DNA from: a bacterium
GTDB taxonomy: Bacteria > Electryoneota > RPQS01
Direction: 5' to 3'
NCBI GenBank assembly: GCA_036504735.1
Contig: DASXUQ010000017.1
Span: 33,349-97,348 of the forward strand
Length of the DNA stretch: 64,000 bases
Made by a program: the position numbers and the translations under genes. A model generated the notes under the pieces. That model did not search any database and had not been told where the DNA came from. It saw only the letters and a list, made by a program, of their open reading frames with translations. Below are positions 58,101 to 64,000 of the stretch, one piece after another (position 1 is the stretch's first letter; each line of letters opens with the position of its first letter).

Positions 58101-58305
58101 AATCGTTGCAGATGATCCGCGTCTGACAGACATCCGGGTACTGCCAGCCGGGTGGAATCGCGCGGATGATCCCTTCGAAGACCGCGTGCACGTCGGCCTC
58201 GGGATCGGTGAGCAGTTCCTCGATTTTGTACAGGCAGTTCAGCTCCTTGGCCCGCTCCTGCAGCGCCCAGAGCAGTTTGTCAATCGGCCTCGTCTGGTCA
58301 CTCAT
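55114..58305 (-). CDS. sensor-like domain / PPDK_N ATP-grasp / Pol-beta-type nucleotidyltransferase fusion protein, 1063 aa
   Basis: N-terminal LQERAKELNCLYKIEEL sensor-type motif. Also GKLGGKSAGLFLA, IVRSSSLLEDRFG, GPGRWGS..SFGTHFFQD, and the C-terminal YVFGSAKNATAGPGSDIDLLV NTase motif. Confidence 0.75.
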   Translation of the reverse strand: MSDQTRPIDKLLWALQERAKELNCLYKIEELLTDPEADVHAVFEGIIRAIPPGWQYPDVCQTRIICNDSVYAPVNFQPTPWRQCSDISLQDTIVGSVEVYYTREMPTADIGPFLKEEAKLIATIADRIGHFIQYLTLRQVKKDWESAKENLSHSRKEEWRVVADLLRRTDQNLYRRISRKMFVRLCSSGIREAQALQERLVEERGNDGKAPDENRPMRKTLDMSARLNEEVFDIASVYYSDPEILSWIQKWIQEDKSNFLITALESFGTSLTEISDAIRRFTALSSEGIELSDTTEKEVRVSLIRRFFTDQLEYINVAKQFVDVGDFYELLQRLVFPAGSHGKLGGKSAGLFLASRIIRKISQDAEILREIRTPKTWYITSDTLLSFVTYNNLEELVEHKYKEIDEIRREYSQIVQVFKHSTFTPEIVQGLSMALDDFGNRPLIVRSSSLLEDRFGSAFSGKYKSLFLANQGTKRERLDALMDAIAEVYSSTFGPDPIQYRAERGLLDYREEMGIMIQEVVGTQIGKYFLPAFAGVAFSNNEFRWSPRIRRKDGLIRMVPGLGTRAVDRLSDDYPVLIAPGQPGLQVNVSPEEVVRYSPNKMDVINLETNSFETVDVRRFVREYGHEIPWLNQLVSIYKEHTLQVPTGLYFNPRRDECVVTFDGLISRTPFIKQMQTILRALEAKLGTPVDIEFAHDGKDFYLLQCRPQSYSEDAVPAVIPTDIPPQSMIFSANRYVSNGKTPDITHLVYVDPQRYSEIRDLATLTAVGRAVGFLNKTLPKRQFVLMGPGRWGSRGDVKLGVSVTYSDISNTAMLIEIARQQGNYIPDLSFGTHFFQDLVESSIRYLPLYPDDPDVVFNEEFLSGSPNMLADLAPEYADLAPIIRVIDVPKVANGRILRILMNADLEQAVGILARPAATVESRSGYMPPASEQPAEEHWRWRLQMAEKIAEHLDADRFGVKALYVFGSAKNATAGPGSDIDLLVHFAGDDCQRQMLEEWLEGWSLCLDEMNYLRTGYRSGKLLDAHIVTDQDIAARGPFAAKIGAVTDAARPLPLKRRMKAEG

Positions 58306-60055
58306 GATAGATCACTCCCCGTCCGCTTCGACCGTCTACAACGATGCGCAAGGGTTTCTCCAGATGCACGTGCCTGACGAACGGTGTTTGGGCCACCGTA
58401 TGCTGCTGATCCAGCCAATCCCAATCCACGTGATACATGCCGTCATGCCGCACGGCAAAATAGCTCACCTGAAAGCTCGAAAGATTGTGGAAGAAGTGGG
58501 AGCCCTGACTCAGGTCCACATTCATCTCCGGCAGAGTGGCTTCCACAATCGCTTTGGCTGCGGAAATATCGCTCCAGTTCACAGGGATCCCCAGCCACGG
58601 ATCGCTGCTTCCCCAGCGACCGAAGCCGACTAAGAGATAGGGACGTTTAGCGTCAACAAGGGCGCGATTCATAGTGGCGATCTGTGCGGCAACCTGACGG
58701 GTGTGACGGGCTTCAAAGACCTCGGGCCGCACGTAGATGACGTCGCACAGGGTGTTGACCGTGCCGTTGCCAAGCACCGTGGAGGAGGCGGCGAGAACAT
58801 TGGGGCCTTCCAGGTTCTCTTCCTCCAGATCCACCTGCTCATGGGAGACCATCATGGGCCGCACCTGTAGAAAACCGAAACGCGGCGGCACCCGGCGGCG
58901 GGAATCGAGCGTCATGGCGAACTCGATCTCGACGGGCGCGCCGATGGCCTCTTCGCAGCGCTTCAGCAGGCGCTTCAGCAGATTGTTCAGTGGCACTTCG
59001 TTCAAGTCGAGAATCGGCGCAAAATCGAGCACACGCGGGCCATCCACGCCCGTGCCGGGGGAGAGACGGTCGGAGGCGGCGTCATAGGTGGAGGCCACAA
59101 AGCGCAGCGCGTCGTCTTCCTCGGCTTCCCGCAGTCCGGGTTGCAGCATGTATTCGGTTTCTTTGATCGGGTCGAAGGCCGGCGGCTTGCCCATATTCAC
59201 GGCCCAGAATTCCGACTGCGTGAGCTTGACCATATCCCGCGCGGAGGCGAACGGCGGCCGGGTGCGGGGAAAGGCGGGAGAATAGGTCCAGACCACGCCG
59301 CCGTCGACGATGGTTTTGCCGAGGCCCAAAGCCAGATCCACCACGCCCTGTTCCGGTTTGGCGTGTCCCTGCGGATAAAAGTTGTAGGAGCGCGCGACAC
59401 CGGAAAGGTTGGGATAGAATCGCTCCCCGTAGCGCTGGCCGACGACTTCCTGAATGATCACCGCCATCTTTTCGCTCTGGATGGACTGCTCGGTGCTGCG
59501 GATGTAGGCCTTAGCTTCCTGAAAGAAGGTGGACGCCCACACGAATTTCACCGCTTCCACCAATCGGCGGAACCGGGCATCGGGATCAAACGGGTTATTG
59601 GGAATCATTTTGGTGGCGTACACCCCGGCGAAGGGATGATAGAGCGCGTCTTCGAGCAGACTGGAGGAACGCACGGCCAGCGGCTGATGCACTTTGCGGA
59701 TGAGGGCCATCAGGTCGCCGACGAATTCCGAGGGGAAATCGGCCTTCTGAAAGGCATGGGCGATGCGGTCATCAGGAGCGTCCGAGAGAGCAACCTCATA
59801 GAGCCGGTTGCGGGACATGAAGGCGTCGAACACGTCTGTCGTGACCACCGTAAGGCGCGGGATGTTGATCAGCAAGTCGCCGAAGTCATCGGCACTGAAC
59901 CCGCTGGAGAGCAGAGCGCGCGCGAACGCCAGCCCGCTGGCTTTGCCGCCGAATTCTCCCGATCCGATGTAAGTGAAGTCCTCACTCGAATCGAAGAACT
60001 CGCGCTGAAACCGCGCGGCGTGATGTGGGGTGGAAAATTTGCGTTGCTCAGGCAT
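58298..60055 (-). CDS. PPDK_N (PEP/pyruvate-binding ATP-grasp) domain protein, 585 aa
   Basis: GEFGGKASGLAFA, AVRSSSLLEDA, KMAVIIQ and GFGRWGS..SQGSHFFHN. ATG 60055 is preferred. The stop overlaps the start of the 1063-aa gene by 8 nt. Confidence 0.75.
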   Translation of the reverse strand: MPEQRKFSTPHHAARFQREFFDSSEDFTYIGSGEFGGKASGLAFARALLSSGFSADDFGDLLINIPRLTVVTTDVFDAFMSRNRLYEVALSDAPDDRIAHAFQKADFPSEFVGDLMALIRKVHQPLAVRSSSLLEDALYHPFAGVYATKMIPNNPFDPDARFRRLVEAVKFVWASTFFQEAKAYIRSTEQSIQSEKMAVIIQEVVGQRYGERFYPNLSGVARSYNFYPQGHAKPEQGVVDLALGLGKTIVDGGVVWTYSPAFPRTRPPFASARDMVKLTQSEFWAVNMGKPPAFDPIKETEYMLQPGLREAEEDDALRFVASTYDAASDRLSPGTGVDGPRVLDFAPILDLNEVPLNNLLKRLLKRCEEAIGAPVEIEFAMTLDSRRRVPPRFGFLQVRPMMVSHEQVDLEEENLEGPNVLAASSTVLGNGTVNTLCDVIYVRPEVFEARHTRQVAAQIATMNRALVDAKRPYLLVGFGRWGSSDPWLGIPVNWSDISAAKAIVEATLPEMNVDLSQGSHFFHNLSSFQVSYFAVRHDGMYHVDWDWLDQQHTVAQTPFVRHVHLEKPLRIVVDGRSGRGVIYHE

Positions 60056-60065
60056 TCGAATCACC

Positions 60066-60153
60066 GAAGGAAGAAGGAAGACGGAACAAGGATGAAGGAA
60101 GAAGGAAGACGGAACAAGGATGAAGGAAGAAGGATGAAGGATGAAGGATGAAG
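60066..60153. repeat. purine-rich tandem repeat: 28-nt unit x2.5 followed by GAAGGAT x3
   Basis: gaaggaagaaggaagacggaacaaggat at 60066-60093 and 60094-60121, then gaaggaagaaggat gaaggat gaaggat gaag. Confidence 0.9.
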
Positions 60154-60179
60154 TGAAGAATGAGATCACCTCTCATCCT

Positions 60180-60201
60180 TCATCCTTCCGCCTTCATCCT
60201 T
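60180..60201. repeat. 22-nt element TCATCCTTCCGCCTTCATCCTT (copy 2)
   Basis: Identical to 55114-55135. It is complementary in register to the adjacent purine repeat. Confidence 0.85.
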
Positions 60202-60204
60202 GCC

Positions 60205-61491
60205 TTACACCCATCCTCTATCTTTGCAGGCTTGCGCGACGCGGCTGACGGCAATCACATACGCGGCGTCGCGCATGTAGAGTTTGCGTTCGCGGGCCAG
60301 TTCACTGACGGCGATGAAGGCGCTGGTCATGGCGACGTCGAGCTTGCCCAGCACTTCATCCTTTTCCCAGTAATAGTTCATGTTGGACTGCACCTGCTCG
60401 AAGTAGGAGCAGGTCACACCGCCGGCGTTGGCCAGAAAATCGGGGATGAGGAAGATGCCACGCTGCTTGATGATCTCATCGGCCTCGGGAGTGGTAGGTC
60501 CGTTGGCGCCTTCGGCAATCAGACGCACGCGCTTGCCGATCTTGCCGACGTTTTCGGTGGTGATCTGGTTTTCGATGGCGCCGGGAATCAGAATGTCCAC
60601 GTCCTGCTCCAGCCAGGCATCGCCGCCGAGGACTTCATAGCCCAGTGCGCGTGCCTGCTCTTTTTCGATACCGCCGAAACGGTCGGTGATGTCGAGCAGT
60701 TGATCAAGGTCAATGCCGCCGGCCTTGCGGAAGGAGTAGGAGGTCTGATCCTTCTGATCCCAGCAGGACACACAGATGACCTTGCCACCAATCTGCTGCA
60801 ACAGGCGGATCGCGTACTGCGAAACATTGCCGAAGCCCTGCACACTGGTTTGGGTTTCCTCGGGCCGCATGCCCAATTCTTTCAGCGCCTCGCGAATAGT
60901 GAAGACGACGCCGAAGCCGGTGGCCTCGGTGCGGCCCAGCGAGCCGCCCATGCCCACGGGTTTGCCGGTGATGAAGCCCGGGAAATGCCCGCCGTGAATG
61001 TGCTCATACTCATCGAGCATCCAGAGCATGTGCTGCGCGTTGGTCATGATGTCCGGCGCGGGCACGTCGGCCAATGGTCCCACCACCTTGGCAAGCTGCC
61101 GCACCCAGCCGCGACAGATGCGTTCCTGTTCGTGCGGGGTCAGGTTGTGCGGATCGCAGATGACGCCGCCTTTGCTGCCGCCGAGGGGAATGTCCACAAC
61201 CGAGCATTTCCACGTCATCCACATCGCCAAGGCGCGCACGGTGTCAATGGTCTCCTGCGGGTGAAAGCGGATGCCGCCTTTTCCCGGGCCGCGCGCATCA
61301 TTGTGCTGGACACGGAAACCGCGAAAGATGCGCATGGTGCCGTCATCCATCCGCACGGGAATGGTAAAATGGTATTCGCGCAGCGGCTGACGGAGCATTT
61401 CCCGCGTGGCGCTGTCCAGCGAGAGAAGATCCGCCACCCTATCGAATTGCGTTTGAGCCATTTCAAACGGATTGAAAGCACTGCTGCTCAT
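60205..61491 (-). CDS. glutamate dehydrogenase, short (~420-aa) Glu/Leu/Phe/Val dehydrogenase class
   Basis: GPGKGGIRFHP, PLGGSKGGVICDP and QGFGNVSQYA. ATG 61491 (MSSSAFNPFEMAQ) is preferred. Confidence 0.85.
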   Translation of the reverse strand: MSSSAFNPFEMAQTQFDRVADLLSLDSATREMLRQPLREYHFTIPVRMDDGTMRIFRGFRVQHNDARGPGKGGIRFHPQETIDTVRALAMWMTWKCSVVDIPLGGSKGGVICDPHNLTPHEQERICRGWVRQLAKVVGPLADVPAPDIMTNAQHMLWMLDEYEHIHGGHFPGFITGKPVGMGGSLGRTEATGFGVVFTIREALKELGMRPEETQTSVQGFGNVSQYAIRLLQQIGGKVICVSCWDQKDQTSYSFRKAGGIDLDQLLDITDRFGGIEKEQARALGYEVLGGDAWLEQDVDILIPGAIENQITTENVGKIGKRVRLIAEGANGPTTPEADEIIKQRGIFLIPDFLANAGGVTCSYFEQVQSNMNYYWEKDEVLGKLDVAMTSAFIAVSELARERKLYMRDAAYVIAVSRVAQACKDRGWV

Positions 61492-61571
61492 AGGGCACCT
61501 TCTGTATGTGTGGGAAGGGGAAAATGCTGAAAGGCTGATAGAAAAAGAAGAGGCTACGGGATGGGAGATAG

Positions 61572-61612
61572 AAAGCCGGGTCTGCACTCAAAGAGGAGCA
61601 CGACCCGGCTTT
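61572..61612 (-). other. 11-bp stem hairpin with 19-nt loop between the Cys-rich gene and gdh
   Basis: aaagccgggtc ... gacccggcttt. Confidence 0.45.
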
Positions 61613-61618
61613 TACGAT

Positions 61619-61876
61619 CTACCGAAAATCCGCGCAGCGCCAGACGCCGCTTTCGGGACGCACCCGGGTGCAAACGCTTTCGGCGTCGCACTGCGGACAC
61701 AATCCCATGTCCGTGACCTCATGCCATTGCAAAGATTCGTGCACGGTTCGGGAGGGCGCATAGGCGTAGCCTTCGAACTGCGCGCAGTCCATCACGGCGG
61801 CGCCGTGATGATTCGAACATTGCGGCCCGTACTTGCAGGAAACACAGATGCCGCGAATCACCATCGCTTTCGACAT
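61619..61876 (-). CDS. 85-aa Cys-rich protein with duplicated CxxC-x5-C-x10/11-C motif (hypothetical)
   Basis: AAGGAGG lies 7 nt upstream of the ATG. The two halves are ICVSCKYGPQCSNHHGAAVMDCAQF and LCPQCDAESVCTRVRPESGVWRCADF. Confidence 0.6.
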   Translation of the reverse strand: MSKAMVIRGICVSCKYGPQCSNHHGAAVMDCAQFEGYAYAPSRTVHESLQWHEVTDMGLCPQCDAESVCTRVRPESGVWRCADFR

Positions 61877-62130
61877 ACCATGGCCTCCTTACAACGAATC
61901 CGGCTTTTTAGTCCACTTGTAATCTAAGAAGAAAGTCCTGAAAATCAAGTGAAAGTCTCCGCAAGATCAATCTCTGCCTGACCCTGTCTAAAGCTACCAG
62001 CGAATCCCATTGGGCATCGCGAAACCTCTCGAAACCGTAAAGATTCAAGAGCTTATTCCACACGGATAACGGCATTTGCCGCTGGAGGAGGCATGTCTAT
62101 TTGTTCAAAGCGGATCGACGGCGGGACATG

Positions 62131-62173
62131 AAAACGGCCACGCGAACTCGAGGTTGCCCTCTCCGCGTGGCCG
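62131..62173 (-). terminator. intrinsic terminator after the surface-protein gene
   Basis: cggccacgcg ... cgcgtggccg (10 bp), followed by TTTT on the minus strand. Confidence 0.65.
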
Positions 62174-62203
62174 CAATCCGACCTGCTGGCTGCAAGCGGT
62201 GGT

Positions 62204-64000
62204 CTAATTCGCGATGGGCGACACCTCGTAAAAGCGAATGGCGTTGGTATTGGCCCCATTGACAATCGTGTAACTATTGGTCGCAGCGGTCCCTTCAAGC
62301 GTGTTGAACGGCCCACTGGGGGTGGCTGAACTATAAACGCGATAGTGGGGCGCACCCAGATTCGCCCACCGCAGCACGACGTCATTTCCGTTGCGATAGG
62401 CGGTAAGGCCGAAGGGAGCGCCGTTAGCCCGGATCATCCGGTTGCCGGGATGGGCATTGGTGCTCACCACGCTGTCATCTTCGCTATGCCAGTGATTTTC
62501 GCAGGCATCGAAGAAGTAGGAGCGGTGATTGCGCGCGCCGTTGGCGTCGCGGCCAAAGGCTTCATAGCTGCCGAACTCATTGTTGGCCACCGCAATGTAG
62601 AACTCCGGAACGCGAATAATGGGCGCGGTGCCCAGCGTGTCCTTGAAGGTGACGGTGGTCCAGTTGGTGCCTGTGGGGAGTCCGCCAACGACGTTGCCCA
62701 CGGATCCGGCAAGGCGGCTGTAGATCACCGTCCCGGGCAGGCCGCCGGGGCCATCGGCGGCGTAGATCGTCACCTTAATTGGCGTGTGGGTCTGTTCGGG
62801 AAGGCGGCGCGAAATGGCAATCTGCGCGCCGCACAAGGCGTAGGGAGTGGTGACCGGACCGAATTTTACCGCCCACTGATAACGCAGGCTGTCGGGCGCG
62901 GTCACCCAGTTGAAGCTCTCCGCCGTGCCGTCGTCATAGGCCAGAGTCTGCGGACCCGGTGAATAGACATTGAAGCGGTAGAGGCCCGTGGGGGCATTGG
63001 CCGGCACAAACGCGGTCAGTCCGCCGTCATCGGCAGCGCGCAGGTAGTAGTCGTAGGTGCCTTCGGTCAGCGACGCGAGGCTGGCCGAATATTCCTGATA
63101 GTTGGCTGTTGCAGGAAGCAAGAGAGAATCGAAAGAGGCCAATCCCCGTTTCCGGTAGAACATCTTCACGGAAGCGATGGACAGCGTGGCTCCCGGATCG
63201 TAGGCGTTTGCCACGACGGTTCCGGTATGCGGGGTGATGTCGTGCAGCGGCGTATGGCGGAGCACCGGGGCGAGGTTGGGCTCCTGAATCACGAAATTGG
63301 TGGCGGAAAAATCCATCGCGGAAGGATACACTTCACTGGTCACGCGAATGCGGGCCAACACGCTGCCGGGAGGCAGAACGTGCCAGGCATAGGAGCCGCT
63401 GTCGGGAAGGTTGCTGCCGATCAATTCCCATGATCCTGTCGGATAGTTGCGGTTCAGATGAATATCCACCGAACCGGAAAGATTCAGCGACGTCCAGCGG
63501 ATCATGCCGGTCTGCCCCGCGACGTACGTCTCACCGCCATTGGGTGCGGTCAGCGTAATCTGCCGTGCGGTGAGGGTAAAGCTTGCATTTGAGGTGTCGC
63601 CGGCCAGAGGATGTACCGTGCCCTGGACCCGCAGGCGCGCGGCAGTGGAAAGCGGCGTGGTGACGGTCCAAGGGAACATGCCGCTATTCGGCGTACTGGC
63701 GGCAATGGTCTCCCATGCTCCGCCCGGATAGGTGCGGTTCAATTCCACGCGCACGGCTTCGGTCATGGCGGGCGCAAGCCAGCGAATGGTGTCGACATCG
63801 CCCGCGGTCCAGGTTTCTCCGCCGTTCGGCATTGTAACAGCCACGCCGCCGATGCTGAAGACCGCAGCAGAGGTGTCGGCCACCAGCATCTGTGTGGCGC
63901 CGGACAGGCGAATCCGCGCGGCAGCACTGCCCGGGGACGTCACCGTCCAGGTGTAGCTGCCCGTATTGGGCACATTGGCGGCGATGGTTTCCCAGGCGCC
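62204..64000 (-). CDS. large secreted/surface protein, C-terminal part (5' end outside window), with repeated ~85-aa Ig-like modules
   Basis: Repeats of the form GETWTAGDVDTIRW...V.LNR.YP.G.WE.I....PNSG...W.V......ARIRV. The reading frame is open to the window end. Confidence 0.7.
   Translation of the reverse strand, partial: GAWETIAANVPNTGSYTWTVTSPGSAAARIRLSGATQMLVADTSAAVFSIGGVAVTMPNGGETWTAGDVDTIRWLAPAMTEAVRVELNRTYPGGAWETIAASTPNSGMFPWTVTTPLSTAARLRVQGTVHPLAGDTSNASFTLTARQITLTAPNGGETYVAGQTGMIRWTSLNLSGSVDIHLNRNYPTGSWELIGSNLPDSGSYAWHVLPPGSVLARIRVTSEVYPSAMDFSATNFVIQEPNLAPVLRHTPLHDITPHTGTVVANAYDPGATLSIASVKMFYRKRGLASFDSLLLPATANYQEYSASLASLTEGTYDYYLRAADDGGLTAFVPANAPTGLYRFNVYSPGPQTLAYDDGTAESFNWVTAPDSLRYQWAVKFGPVTTPYALCGAQIAISRRLPEQTHTPIKVTIYAADGPGGLPGTVIYSRLAGSVGNVVGGLPTGTNWTTVTFKDTLGTAPIIRVPEFYIAVANNEFGSYEAFGRDANGARNHRSYFFDACENHWHSEDDSVVSTNAHPGNRMIRANGAPFGLTAYRNGNDVVLRWANLGAPHYRVYSSATPSGPFNTLEGTAATNSYTIVNGANTNAIRFYEVSPIAN

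Noticed and set aside
60056-60169. N-terminal extension of track ORF 58298..60169 (MISFFTSSFILHPSSFILVPSSFFLHP...).
   Set aside because: It is merely the translation of the tandem repeat. Homology to the paralogues begins after the ATG at 60055.

Overview
GC-rich bacterial chromosomal window, about 44 genes, with no rRNA, tRNA, CRISPR array, transposase or integrase recognised. All calls come from reading the ORF track and the DNA by eye; no homology search was run. A T9SS-type C-terminal sorting domain, outer-membrane-type proteins, and sigma70- and sigma54-like promoters suggest an FCB-superphylum-like bacterium; phylum is not resolved.

Content in order:
- **1-15.1 kb:** flavin reductase, then a 1346-aa multi-PAS/GAF sensor with no output domain. 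A probable operon follows: PAS/GAF histidine kinase, kaiC, kaiB, kaiB, PAS histidine kinase, receiver protein.
- **15.1-16.5 kb:** AT-rich island with a consensus promoter, a 33-aa membrane ORF and an excisionase-type HTH gene.
- **16.5-24.8 kb:** M48 peptidase, EamA transporter, mntP, sucA-sucB, POT peptide transporter.
- **25.3-30 kb:** four-gene secreted cluster resembling a surface-fibre assembly locus: two pilin-like paralogues, a two-Ig-domain protein and a 926-aa barrel-like protein.
- **30-34 kb:** M16 peptidase and two hemerythrins.
- **34.1-39.6 kb:** archaeal-type gatD and gatE in one operon with asnA and a RibD_C-type reductase.
- **39.6-48.2 kb:** 1-kb non-coding region with a well-defined 37-aa ORF unit, a five-gene group-3b-like [NiFe] hydrogenase operon containing a cNMP-binding protein, and an M14 carboxypeptidase.
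- **48.3-61.9 kb:** two different glutamate dehydrogenases, each directly upstream of PPDK_N (ATP-grasp) paralogues with receiver, sensor or nucleotidyltransferase domains.
- **62.2-64 kb:** partial repeat-rich surface protein.

The best candidates for novelty are the GDH/PPDK_N modules, the Kai cassette with a shared kinase DHp segment, the secreted four-gene cluster, and bacterial GatDE. Several short palindromic repeat families and tandem repeats are also described.
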